Part shown: positions 1-12,745 of the stretch, piece by piece
How the letters are laid out: each line of letters begins with the position of its first letter
Numbering within the stretch: position 1 is the first letter of the stretch
From: Cycas panzhihuaensis
Lineage: Eukaryota; Plantae; Cycadophyta
Reading direction: 5' to 3'
Length of the DNA stretch: 64,000 bases
Assembly: GCA_023213395.1 (NCBI GenBank)
Contig: CM041465.1
Coordinates: forward strand, 106,151,741 to 106,215,740
The notes under the pieces: model-generated
What the model saw: the letters and a program-made list of their open reading frames with translations, nothing else
Databases searched by the model: none
Told to the model about the DNA's origin: nothing
Made by a program: the position numbers and the translations under genes

Positions 1-1
1 T

Positions 2-3000
2 TTGGTAAAGAGCATTGGTTTGGTAACTACTCCTCACCCTCATCCATATCCTCTTGGTTGGATCCATAAAGATGTGGAAATGCAAATATCAAAGCAATGT
101 ACACTTAAATTTTCCATCACTAATGATTTTGTTGATGAGGTAATATGTGATGTGGTGCCACTGGATGTATGCCATGTTGTGCTTGGAAGTCCCTACTTGT
201 GGGATCGAGATGCACTCTTCTATCGAAGGGAGAGAAAGTATCGATTGATGAAGGATAACAAGGGCTTCATCATAAAGGCCACAAAGAAGCACTTGGATAA
301 GATAGCATTAATTTCAGCTACTTAAGCAAAAAGGATGATCAATGCATGTGGTAAATTTGTCATCTTAATGGTAAGGAGAAAAGAATAGCCAAGAGATGAA
401 GAAGGTCCTTCTACTCACACTCTGCTTATATCACCTAAACAAACGCAACAAATTGAGGAGTTAAAGACAAGGTATGATATTCTATTTCAACATGTTGATG
501 GGCTTCCACCAAAGAGAAAGATAGAGCATGAAATCACTCTTGTAGGAGATGCACCATTACCTAATGTTGTTTTGTATAGGCACTCCATTGTAGAAAATAA
601 TGAGATAAAGAGGCAAGTTGAGGAGTTGCTTGATCAAGGGGTCATAAGACCTTCATGTTCACCTTGTGGGTCACCAATTGTCTTGGTGCCTAAGAAGGAT
701 GGAGGATGGAGAATGTGTATAGATTTTCGTGCTTTGAATAAAATTATAATTAAAAATCGCTACCCTTTGCCTCGTATAGATGATTTGCTTGATCAAATTG
801 AGATGCTTGTTATTTCACTAAATTGGATTTAAAAGTGGTTATCACCAAGTTAGGGTCAAGGAGGAGGACACATGGAAGGCGGCCTTCAAAACAAAGCAAG
901 GACTCTTTGAATGTCTGGTTATGCCTTTCGGATTGTGTAATGCTCACTGCAACATTCATGAGGCTAATGAATGAAATATTAAGGCCTTACTTGGATAATT
1001 TTGTTGTTGTCTATCTTGATGACATTTTGATTTTCAGCAACACATGGGAGGAACATTTACAGCACATAGAAGAAGTTTTAAAGACTATGGCTAAGCATCA
1101 TTTGAAGCTTAATGTGAAGAAGTGCGAATTTGGCAAGGAGAACTTGATCTTCTTAGGCTTTGTGGTTGGAGGAGGAAAGTTGAGCATTGATCCACTCAAG
1201 ACTCAAGCCATCCTCAAATGGCCTAGGCCAACAAACATCACAGGTGAGAAGTTTTTAGGAGCTTGTCAATACTTGAGAAAGTTCATTCTTCATTTCTCAC
1301 AGTTGCGACACCTCTACATGGATTGAAAAAATCTAGTAGAAAGTTTACTTGGGGTTCCAAGGAGGAAGAAGCCTTTCTTCTTTTAAAGAAGAAAATTTTT
1401 GAAGCACCGGTTTTGGCAATGCCAAATTTGCAAAGGCCTTTTGAAGTAGAGGCTGATGCAAGTGGAAATGCGATGGGAGCTGTCCTTATTTAAGATGGGA
1501 AGCCTATTGCGTACCATTCGGAAGTCTTCACCCCTCAAGTGAAGAACTACCCAACATATGATCGAGAAATGTTCGCACTTCATCAAGCATGCAAGCATTG
1601 GAGGTCATACCTGCTCGGAAAAGAGGTTGTAGTTCATACCGATCATAAGCCTCTTCAATTTTTACAAACTCAAAGTAAATTACAGCAAGCAAGACACATG
1701 AAGTGGATGAGTTATTTACAACAATTCAATATTGTAATTAAGTATAAAAGGGATCTAATAACAAAATTGCGATATGTTATCTAGACCACCTTGTTCCACT
1801 TCTTCTTCTACTTTTGTTTGTAGTTCTCTTATGAGTTTGCGGTGGAACCAATGCATCATGAAGAGTACAAAGACTTGTACCATGAAGATGAAGCTTTGAA
1901 GGAAGAATTAGAGAACCTAGCGAAAGGAAGACCTTCCGAGCTTGCTTGGAAGGATGGTCTACTTTTCAAGGGAGCGACTCTATGTTCCATCAAAAGGAGA
2001 CAAGATCAAGTGGCTTAGAGAATCCCATACTTCTAAAGTAGCTAGTCACTTTGGTATAGAAGACTTTAGCAAACTTGAGAAGATATGTTGTATGGCCAAA
2101 ATGCAAAATGATGTAAAAAATATGTAAAAGGATGTGTAATGTGTAATACTTCTAAGCCTTCTTCTAGAAAATTAGGATTGTATACACCACTACCTATTCC
2201 CACTAGGCCTTGGGAAAGTATCTCCATTGATTTTTAGGGGACTTCCCATGACTAGAAAGGGACATGATTATCTTTTGTTGTTGTAGATAGGTTTAGTAAA
2301 ATGATATGTCTAATACCTTGTAAGAAGACAATCACGGTACATGAGCGGTGAGTTATTCTTGAGCATGTATGGAAGAATTTTGGCTTACCTTCTTCCATCA
2401 TTTCGGATCGGGACACTCGATTCCTTTCATCATTTTGGAAGTCACTATGGGAGATGATGGATACCAAATTGAAGAGGAGTACAAGTTTCCATCCTCAAGC
2501 GGATGGACAAACCAAGTAGTGAGCAGAACTTTGGTACATCTATTGAGGATACAATTCCAAGCATCCAAAGACTTGGGATGAATCATTGGCTTTTCTACAA
2601 TTTGCTTTTAATAGAGCAATGCATGCATCACACTCTAAAGCACCTTTTGAAGTTTGTTTGGGATACTTACCTCAAAGTCCATTTGACTTGGCGTTTTCCA
2701 TGCAAGCTAAGGAAGGATCCGTCAAAGAGAAGGAGGAGCATGACAAGGCTTTAAGATACTTGGAGAAGATCCAGAGAGTCCACAAAGAAGTACATGATCA
2801 ACTTCTAAGGACTCAACAAAGTACAAGGAAAGACATGACAAGCATAGGCAAGAGTGTACTTTCCAAGAAGGAGATTTAGTATGGTTATACTTGAGCAAGG
2901 AGAGGTTAAAGGAGAAGGTAAGAAACTCAAACCTATAAGGTATGGACCATTCAAGATTTTGAGAAAAGTAGGTGGCAATGCTTTCCAACTTGATCTTCCA

Positions 3001-3325
3001 CCTTATATGCAAATATATTCAGTAGTAAATGCTGAATACTTAAAACTCTTTGAGCCCTCCATGCTAGATGAGGAACAGGACCAGTTCACTTTACCTTGAT
3101 TGATGATTTGTATTTGGAAAGTGAGGAGCCTCTCAAGGAAGATTGTATCTTGGAGAAAATCTACCAAAACAAGACATAAGACACATGAATCTTTCGGGAT
3201 TGGAGTAGCGGGGCAATTACCTAGTAAGGCCAAGTGGTTTAGTAGGCAACAAGGAGAACAACACTTCCCCATCTCCAATTCTAATCCAAAGCGAGAGTTG
3301 GCTATTTTCCAAGGAAGGGGAGCCA
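2..3325 (+). pseudogene. gypsy pol (protease C-terminus, RT, RNase H, integrase, divergent chromo-like tail), frameshifted
   Basis: Motifs [73 protein letters not shown] and GQLPSKAKW are split over several ORFs by 1-bp indels and stops. Confidence 0.92.
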
Positions 3326-4229
3326 TGATCCGGGAGGATCTACCATATGTTTCTGAGGATGCGGAAAATGCTAGGCATTGGAATAACTAAAAGAGATATG
3401 GCCAAATGGTATCAAAATTCTATGAAATTTTGTTTAAAGGGATAAGACACATCTCACTAGATGTGTACAAAAGGTGGGGTTCAGAAAATATCATTTGATT
3501 AGAGTTCAAGCCTTGTCTTTGCATAAAAATTAATCCCACAGTTATCAGAAAAAAATAGAAAATATATATTTTTATTATATGAATAGAAAAATAGCCAAAT
3601 GACATCCAAATGAGCTAAAATTTTGAGGAAGCAGAGGAGACATGCGTTCCTATACGTGTACAAAATTTGAGCTGAATTTGAGTCCGTTAAGGTCAGTTAC
3701 AAGCCACAACTTTTAAGAATTGTATGAAGGCCACTTGGACAGCAGAAAAATAGCAAATACATATTATTATTAAATGAATAAAAATGTAGTCAAATGACAT
3801 CCAAATGAGCTGAAAATTTGAGGAAGCTGAGGGGACATACGTTCCTATATGTGCACCAAATTTGAGCCAAATTGGACTACGTTAAGATCTGTTACAAACT
3901 GTAACTGTTTAAGAATTGTATGAAGGCCACTTGGACAACATGCATTCTGGTGGTTAGTGTTATACTTGCATGATTGCCACTTGTTAAACATGCAATTCAG
4001 GTTTCTTTCTATAAATTGAGCCCTTCTACAGGTTGGAGAGGTGGTTCTTGGAGACTTGACTTGGGAAGCATCCTTGGAGAAGCATTTGGAGGGTTGGAAT
4101 CCCCGTTATGGTATAATTGTAACATTTACTCCTTGTAATTTTACCATTCTTTTGCTAGTTGATTTCTCCACCATTAAATGGAGATTTTCATGGTTTAATA
4201 AAAGTATTACTCATCATACTTTTGGATCA
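3326..4229 (+). repeat. 3' LTR of CRM-like element (about 904 bp)
   Basis: Starts TGATCC just after the PPT and ends GGATCA; TATA-like CTATAAAT near 4009; AATAAA near 4197. Confidence 0.75.
3552..3939 (+). repeat. Tandem duplication (about 195 bp x2) in U3 of the CRM-like LTR
   Basis: CAAATGACATCCAAATGAGCT...TAAGAATTGTATGAAGGCCACTTGGACA occurs at about 3596-3740 and about 3791-3938. Confidence 0.9.
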
Positions 4230-5025
4230 ATGTCAAGAATAATTGATTTGGTGTAGAATTTTCCTTTCATGGGCTCATTATTGTTTTGATGTTATTGAGC
4301 TTTCTACACTAACTCCCAGGATCTCAAGGAGGAAACGTTGATAATTGATTTCTTCACCAACTAAGCTCTTTTGGGATCAAAAGGATTTGACAGTTCATGA
4401 ATTGGACCTCTTGTTATAAAGTTATAGCCAAAATAGTGCACAATACTCCTTATGGATAAAAAACCGAGATGGAATGGGCTTAAGCCCCTTTAGCAAAGAA
4501 ACCCCCAGTAGCAGTGAGCTACCATATGACCACCCCCTAAGATGAGATGGGCTAGTGGATTTATAAAAAGGTTTTAATCTAATTTAATCAATAAATAACA
4601 TTAGAAAAAGTAATATATATCAAAGTTGATAAAAACATTAATGCAGCCCTCCCACATAAGCTTTCCATTGGGTGAGTTTTCTATGAAACAAGTGGCATAT
4701 AATTGATTAAACTCAATCGAATTAAGTCATGAGATCATTGATTTACTCTTAGATTATAGTAAGGACTCTAACAAGATAATAGATAATAAATCTAAGCCAC
4801 ACAATGGTTATATGGGCTACAAAAATAGTGCAAAGGGTGCATAAGGGTCAGCAAATATGATGGAAGAGATGATGGTTAAATCACTACAAACTTAATCAAA
4901 TCAAGTTGTAATGTCTTCAATCAGATTCAAGATCACTCTAAAGGGTGGTACATAAGTCGATCAATGATCCAACAAGTCAACTAATCCACATAGAGAAATA
5001 TACAAACCATACAATTGATGGAGAG

Positions 5026-7595
5026 TGTTTCCCAGCTTCTGGGAATGGATACGGAATCACCGACTCAGGTAAGTGCAGGTATGTTTTTCGCATTGTCATC
5101 TCTTTCTTTTGATGAGTATTTGCTTGCATGTCTGCATGTGTGTGGCTTTGTGGGCGGCCTTACCGTTGTCCACACTTATTTAGCCTATGATGACTATAGC
5201 AGGGGCACACTCCTAGTGATTGAGGGACCCTGGTGGCCACTTCACTTTTCGCATCTGCCCTCCTCGCTCCAGGATCCACTAGGTTTGCGCCACCTCTGCC
5301 CGTGTGATGACTCATCATCGTTTGGTCAACTTGCCACCCCATTCAAGCCTTATTTTTGCTCCTTTGGACCCATTTGTTGGCTTGTGTACCCCCGGGTAGG
5401 TGTTCTAGTCTCCTATTGGCCCTTTCGGTCATCGCCCCTTTGACCTAGGTGGCCGGCGAGCCTATTTTTGGCTCCAAGTGCGTACCGCTGGAATTTTTGT
5501 GGTATTTGGAATATTTCTTGATGCAGAATTTGCAATGATACAAGCGTCTCAGTTATTTTTAAAATCCATGGTGGCAATTTCGCATTTATTGAAGCGCCAC
5601 GCGTGTTTCATATAATTCTCTCCCAGCCACACCCTAATCGCTCGCTTTAGGGTTTGGTCTGAGTACTTAAGCCATTTTTGACTTATTTTTGGGGATTCTT
5701 TTGCTCACTTTTGGAATTGCTCTCTAAGGAAACATCATCCTGCTCTGCTCTTCTCTATTACTGCTGCTGCTCTTGGACTGCATCCCTCCTCTGACCGCTC
5801 TCCTTTGGTGCGGCTGAGACATTCTCCCAGCCCCCCAAACACCTTGGAGAGGGCCCCTTTGGAGTGGTTTCCAGTTGATCTTTCCCCAGGCAGTCCATAA
5901 GTGCCCCAAGTGTAGGTGTTTCCCCTCACATCTCTTTAGCAGGGTCTCAAACCTGCTGTGCTTCAGATCTGGGCTGATTTCTCAGCCCCTCTTCACTGCT
6001 CTTTGGCTGAGACAGACCCCTTGCCTCCCTTGCTCAGGTATTCCTTATTTTGCATTGGTTTTTCTTATGATATTTATGCTCAGCCTTGCTTGCTCCTTGC
6101 TTGTTCTTGTAAGTTAGTTTTCCTTCCTTTTGTGGGCTGTCCTACCACTCTTTTTGTGCTTCTTGCCTGCGTTTCTTTGCTCAAAGCGTGGCGTTGAGGG
6201 GTGGCATAGGTTTTGGAGAGAAGCTGGGTGGATTCCGTACCACCTTCTACGCTCCCTAAGTGGCTCTAAGCCCTCCAAAGCCTCCCTCTCGCCCCGTGCT
6301 GCCCTTGGCTAGCAAACAAGGGTTTCTAGGCCCTCTTTTGGCCGCCCAAACCAGTATTTGTCACAAGTTGCGCTGATTTGGGGCCTTTGTTCGAGTTTGG
6401 GCAACACTCATAAGTCCCAACCACTAGTTTTGCCTCACTTTCTTCCATTTGCCCGACTTGCTCCTCATAGCATCCCAGTTCGCCGTGGGTTTTCTTGGGC
6501 CTCTCTTTGCCTCTTTGCTGCCATTTTCCAGCCCTTACTCTTGGCCTTGTCCTCGCTGCCTCGTGGCTCTTGAGGGGAGGTTAGGGCATCATTTGTGGGA
6601 GGTAGGCCACTCTGAGGCTTACCAATCATTTACTTTCACCTTGGTCACTCTCTTTTGGGTACTTTCATTGTTGGATTGGCACTAATACATGTATATTTAG
6701 ATTCACATTTATACTAGTTAGGCATATATTGTTAGAATCTTGTATTGCATGTTAGTGTTCTTCCTCCAGGAAGGGAGAGACCGCCATTGCTTGCAGGTAT
6801 TTGGGGAGCGTGAAGGACATCGCCCGTTAGTCCCGTTGCCGGTAAGTACCTTTGTATATGTTATATTTTCATGTTGTTTCATTTATTAGTTGGTGCTTCC
6901 TTTCTTTCTTTGCATCGCATTTGATTTTCTGGGGAAGGTAAGGAAGCCCCCCTTTTCCACCCGCCGCAACATCTCGCATCCAATGCACCGTGTAAAGTGG
7001 TTTGGTGCTCCTCGAGAAGGCTTTCACCACGCATGCCCTTGGTCCAGGTGCATGTCTTGCTCCACTCTGCTACCTCCTTTTTTCTTTTATTTCTCCTTTA
7101 GTAACTAGCACATTGGAAGATAAAAGGGAAAATTTGGTCTTGTATTTGGTTGCGTTTCTTTTATTTTATTGCGCGTATCTCTACCGTCTATAGGAAAGGT
7201 TGTAGGAACCTTCTTTCTCTACCTTTCTCCTTCTCTCCTCGACCACACAAGTTCCTTGCCTTTCGCATCACTTGTGTACCCAGCTAGGTTGTGTAGGCAT
7301 ACTCTTGGCCTATCCCCTTTGGGTCTTCTCTTCCCCCCTTTTGGCCACCCAAGGGTGGAAGGGTCTTGTCTCTAGGTCAGCCCAGGTTTACCCTACGCAT
7401 CTTCACCCCTTGCTCGAAGTGGTGAAGGACCACCTGATAGTAGCCATATTCCATTACAGATCCTGAACTCGTGCTCTGGCGCACGAGATGCTCTGCGTGA
7501 TAGTTACTCACCTCTTAGGTCCCACCTTCAATCATTTCACCACCCACTCTCTCCACACCTACTAGTAGGGTAGTTATCCCATAGACACGCATCCA
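5026..7595 (+). repeat. 5' LTR of Tat-like element (2570 bp)
   Basis: Direct repeat of 16654-19236; TGTTTCC...GCATCCA. Confidence 0.95.
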
Positions 7596-7596
7596 C

Positions 7597-7614
7597 TGGC
7601 GACCATACTGGGGA
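7597..7614 (+). promoter_or_regulatory. Primer binding site, tRNA-Arg type
   Basis: TGGCGACCATACTGGGGA lies 1 nt after the LTR end and resembles the Ogre/Tat PBS TGGCGACTCCACTGGGGA. Confidence 0.85.
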
Positions 7615-7769
7615 CTGCCAGTAAGGGAGCTAGTTTCCGCTCTCTTCCGTTGGTTTCGCTACCTTTTTGTGGTCCTTCTTATACCTATTTCGATCCCTAC
7701 CTTGGGCAGCCCCCAACACATGTATTTTACCATTCCCTCTCTTTCCCTGACATTATTGGTTGATCTTGT

Positions 7770-10700
7770 ATGCGACGTTTTTCTCGTCATTTACGCGGTC
7801 TACCTCCATTGTTAGAAGACCTTGAGTATCACCCTCTTCCTTTGTCAGATTCTGATCTGACTATGGAGGGATACTCTTCCGATTGGACCTACCACGCTTC
7901 AACTTTGGAAACCCATGCTTTCCCTTCTTCTATTCCCGGGTCCACCCAAGAGGGTGATGACCCCCTTTATTACCCCAATGACCAGCAACTCTCACTTGAT
8001 GTCCATCCTTCTACTCAGAAGTTTCTACTCCTCTTGAGACTTGCCACGTAGTTGGTGACTCTTATGAGGAGTATTCTAAGGAACCTACTTTGTTCGAGGT
8101 TCCAATTACCTCTTATGAGTATGTAGGGACTCCTCCTGTTGACGTAGTTGAAGCTCTCAATGAGTGTCGCTGCACAGCACGCTTACAACCGCGCCCTGGA
8201 TGGCTTGAGGGTGCCCTTCATGGAGGAGCCTCTTTCTCTTCTGCTCCTCCACTGCATGCCTCATCCTCATCTACCCTTCCTTTGACAACAAACCCCTTTG
8301 TGCCTATGCATATGTCCCACTCATTCCCGGTTCCTGCGGTGGGGGCACGTGTCGTGCCTTCTGTTTCTCATCGAGGTCCTAGTGTTTCGGGATCTCCTCA
8401 TGGTGTGTCTTTCCCTCAATTGAAGGTTAGCATACCCGCTCCTAATCAAACCAATGTTCCATCCCCTAATGTGGCACATGCTGCTCCTAGTAGGCCTACT
8501 GGTTCTACTAGCATTCCAACCACTAGCCACGTGGGATTCACTCCCACGCATCCTCAAACCCAACACGTTGGTGCTTCCTTTTATGTTCCCCAAGGGTATG
8601 CTTCTCAACCTTGGGGGTAGGGTAAAGGAAGCTATCTTCCCGTTTATGGGGCAGATCCGCTACACCCATATGGGATTGCCCCACCTACGGGCGGTCCATA
8701 TGGGCAAAACCCACTTCCACATCCCTCTTGCCTATCTTCCAACGCAATTCCATCCATTGTGCCTTCGCAAGGGAACCTGACTCCCTTCCAAGGCACCTAC
8801 CCCCACGCCTCTTTTCAGTAAGGGGCGTTGCCTCAAGGAGGGATGGGTGTTCCACCCCCATCCGCTCCTTGTGCATTACCTACTTTGACATTCGTCGATC
8901 CTACGGTTCAGGCAAGGGCACGCCCCTTCATGGAGTTTAGGTCGACCCCTCTTTTTGTTGAGGTGTTGCGAACCAACTTGCAGCCTCATCCCCCTGAAGT
9001 TCCTAGATTCGATGGAACTTCGTCATAAGACCTGGCAGAGCATGTGCGTAGTTTTTCTATGGCATGCATCGATTACTGGGCTTACGACCATATTTTAATG
9101 AAATTATTCCCGCGATCCTTGCAGGGCGACGCCCTCAAGTGGCTCTACCGTCTCCCTACCCATTCCATCCATTCATTCCAATAATTGGTGGATGAGTTCA
9201 TCAATTATTTTGATGTAGCCTATCCATTCGAGAGCAGAATGAAATCCCTTCTTTCTCTCAAATAAGGTCATGACGAGATGAATCGTGACTTTGAGTGGCG
9301 ATTCCATGACTTGCTTCACTCCACTAAGGCAACATTGCCCGAGGAGCTGAAGCGAGACCTTTTTGTCAACGCACTTCGTCCTGAAGTTCATGTGGAAGTC
9401 CTCAAGATGGGGGCGACCACATGTGACTCTGCGATCGCCAAGTGTTTGGCGTTGGAGGCTATTGAGATCCAAGCTGGTCTCAAGAAACCTCTTAAGCCCT
9501 CACAACGCCATGAGGCACCACCCCCTACCAAGGATACCAAACCTTCCCAATCGACTTGGTCTTCCTCTCATCCTACTGAGAGGACTTTAGACCCTCTCAC
9601 ATTAGCTATACGTTCATTTGAGCATACGATGAAGGAACTCAAGCTTCAAGCTCCTTCATCCCCTACATCCAACAAATAAGTCCAACAGACTACCCAAGCT
9701 CCTCTTCCCAGGAATGGAAATACCCAGTCCTCTCAAGCGAGAAGGTTTGACCCTCCGCTTGAGAAGAAGTGGTGCTCCATTCATGGGGATTGCTTCCACG
9801 ACGATTCGCGTTGTAGGGCCCAGCATCCAAAGGATGCCCTTCGACGTGATCCTTCCCCCAAACGGGCCTCAGGGCCTAATTTGGATCAACCAGTTCATAA
9901 GGATTCATTCCCTAAACATGGGGAATGTGATCGCAACACCCAAATCAAGAACAACCGAAACCGAGGAAGATCGCCTGATCCCTATCCTTCCCACGATAAA
10001 GGGAAGGGTGCCCAGAACTCGTCTTCCTCTTCTCGTTCTCCTAGCCGTCGCACCCCGTCGCCTTCGCGACCCCAGAACAGGGGGGAGAAGGTGATCCAGT
10101 TGCTTGAAGCAACTCCCACTTTTGCCCTTACGCGATCTCAAGCCGCCAAGGAAGCTGCGGGAGCTTCTTGTTCTTCCGCTCCTTCCGACCCTCTTCTGGA
10201 AAACCTTCCTTCGGAAGTCCCTCTCTTTCCCAAGGCTATTCCTATATGCTCGGGTCGTTACGATTTCTGAAGGGCACTTGCAACCTCTAGGAAGGGTAAG
10301 CCCTTCTCCGTCGTGGGCGAGCTTCATCTGATCATTGCAGAATGTCCTTAATGGATGTTACGAGGTTGCCGACAGCGGGCCCTCCTCCTGGAAGCTTTAG
10401 GGTCAATTGATGCACCTATCTACGCTTTGGGTGTCGCCCAAGGTAGTGGACCCGTTATCTCATTTGATCCTAAGGATCTTCCTCCCGCCGGTGAAAGGGA
10501 ACGTCAGTGGAATTTCCCATTCACCATCACCATCGATACACTTGATTGTACTCTTCGAAGGACTGTTGTCGACAACGGTTCTTCTGTCAATGCCATGCCC
10601 TTGTGTGTCATGCAAGAGCTTGGTATCTCCGCCTTGGAACCCGTTCCCTAGCGATGCCAAGGTTACGACGGTAGCGAGAAGACCCCTTTGGGATCTGTCG

Positions 10701-12073
10701 TGATTCTATTCACCCTTGAGGGCAAGACCGTTCTTGCCGACGTTGTAGTCCTCGACGTTGACGTGGATTACAACCTCCTCCTAGGTCGTCCATGGCTCGA
10801 TCAAATGGGAGCTGTGTGCTCGACTCTTTGGGGACAACTTAAATTCATCCATGACGGACGAATAAGAGCGATTCCCCGCGAATGCCCACTTACCAAACAA
10901 ACTCGCTTCACCAGTTCGGCAAACCAAGGTTCGTCTACCCACGCCTCGGCTTACTCTATTGGTATACCTAACCCATCCGAAGAAGATCCCGTATCTTCTC
11001 CTCCTAGTCTCACATGATTTGCCCCTATTGGCGTTGGGAGTTACGGGTACCTTGCTTTGTTTAGTGATGATGAGTCACTCAACGAAGACAAGGATTGTCT
11101 TCACCCCGTCTCTTTCCTCCGCGCCAGTAGGTCGCACTTGCCTTATTTTAGATCCCTGTCTAGAACCCCTCTCGTTGGTGAGGCTAGCCCCTCGTGCGTG
11201 TCACACGTCATCGCTCGTGTTGACCCTCCGATCGCTAGTTCTTCTTTTTCATTACCCCCTGTAGGTAATGGTTTTAAGGAATTGCCTTTCGCTCCTTCCG
11301 AGGAGCCCCTTCCTGGTTTCCCTTCAGATTCCCATGAGGAAGTCGAGCGACCCGATGACCATCACGGTCCCGTTGCTCTTACTCCCTCCAGCGCTTCTTC
11401 TACTCGAAGTAAGGTCATCCATTGGGTGGATTATTTCGAGGATGACAAAGCCCTGCTTGAGCATCTAGCGGGCCTTGCGCCCAACTTGCCTTCTGGTCAC
11501 CACCAGCTTGGTCATCAGAAGGTCCTCGCGATCGGATCCACGCTTGCCGATCCGATCTTGTCTCCTATTCCTCCTCCTCCCGTTGATCTTACCCCTCTCC
11601 ACTTTGAGGAGGGCAATGCCATGTGCATGGGGGCAACTCAAGACATAGTCTTGGCCCTGGGCAAGGTCATTAAGGTTGGGTTGGAATGTTCCCCTGATGA
11701 GATAAGGGAGTGCTCCCTTCTGTTCCAGGAGTTCCGAGACATTTTCGCGTGGGATTATGCTGACATGAAGGGAATCGACCCCTCAATCATTACTCATAAC
11801 CTCACCACCCTTCCTGGCGCCCGCCCTGTGTGCCAGAAGTAGCGTCCCCTTTACCCGAAGCTATCTACCGCCGTCAAGATGGAGGTTGAGAAGCTTCTGG
11901 ACGCTGGGTTTATTACTTCCAATGACCGTTTGACCAAGTTCAAACCCCGATGGGTTGGTCCTTTTGTCATTATCGAATCCCTCGATAATGGTGCCTATAG
12001 GATAGCCACCCTAGAAGGGCTTGAATTTGAGAAAGCTATTAATGGAAAGTTCCTTAAGAAGTTTTACGCGTGA
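7770..12073 (+). pseudogene. gag-protease polyprotein fused to an RT N-terminal stub and the integrase C-terminal tail
   Basis: Pro-rich N-terminus; capsid PRFDG..HV..F...KLFPRSLQGDALKWL (about 9000-9150); Zn-knuckle-like WCSIHGDCFHDDSRC (about 9770); protease VVDNGSSVN and YNLLLGRPWL; RT start FRDIFAWDYADMKGID..EVEKLLDAGFI joined directly to KFKPRWVGPF..INGKFLKKFY*. Confidence 0.92.
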
Positions 12074-12592
12074 CCTCTTGGCGATCCCTTTGCCCTGCTC
12101 CGAAATGAGCCTAAACTACCATCTCAGGTTGTCCCCATTCTTCCCCACCACGAGAAGAATGGCAATTTAAGATGGATCTTGCCTCGTCCTTCCAGTTCCT
12201 TCCGCGGAACCCGCATTCTCGTATCCTCTCAGGAACCCTTGTCATCTTGCTTGGGCATCCCCCGATCAGGAGGACGCTTGGGGGCATCGTCACCCCTCTT
12301 TCCTATTCGTCGTTTCCTTCGCATAGTCTGCTATGCTCTTCCCTAGACGTGTATGCCGCCCTACTCCTTAACCTTACACTTCTATGTCGTCCCGCTCACG
12401 GCGTGTGTGTGTGCCCCTGTTAGGCATGTGGTCATACATGGAAGGAAGCGTGTATTCATAACATAAAATATCCATAACATAAAACATCCACAACATAACA
12501 TTTACAATACACAAAATAACCATACATGTCATCCATATGATACATCATGCACAGCATCTCATATCCGAATGGGGTTCCAATCACCCCATGCG

Positions 12593-12614
12593 TATATATA
12601 TATATATATATATA
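12593..12614. repeat. (TA)n microsatellite
   Basis: Direct reading; lies in the AT-rich 3' flank of the antisense gene. Confidence 0.9.
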
Positions 12615-12745
12615 CATATCCAAAATCATGTCACATCGTACATCCTGGGAAGCCAGTGTCCTTGTAGGGGGGTACAATCATATGGTCCTATATATGACCC
12701 CCTAGAGGCCCGTGCTTTCCCCTGTCAAAACTATATGTACATGTC

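Larger units (their letters stand above)
1..4229 (+). mobile_element. CRM-like chromovirus (Ty3/gypsy) LTR retrotransposon, 3' part (5' end outside window)
   Basis: pol domain order PR-RT-RH-INT; PPT AAGGAAGGGGAG at 3311-3322; 3' LTR bounded by inverted TGATCC...GGATCA. The CDVVPLDVCHVVLGSPY protease tail and TGAT..ATCA ends are CRM-like. Confidence 0.85.

Noticed and set aside
800-3200. Frameshifts in the CRM-like pol as programmed frameshifting
   Set aside because: They are numerous and scattered inside conserved domains, so decay or long-read indel errors are more likely.
5015-7466. Many short ORFs in the Tat LTRs (also 16532-19214)
   Set aside because: No domain motifs; stops differ between the two LTR copies; expected by chance in GC-rich DNA.
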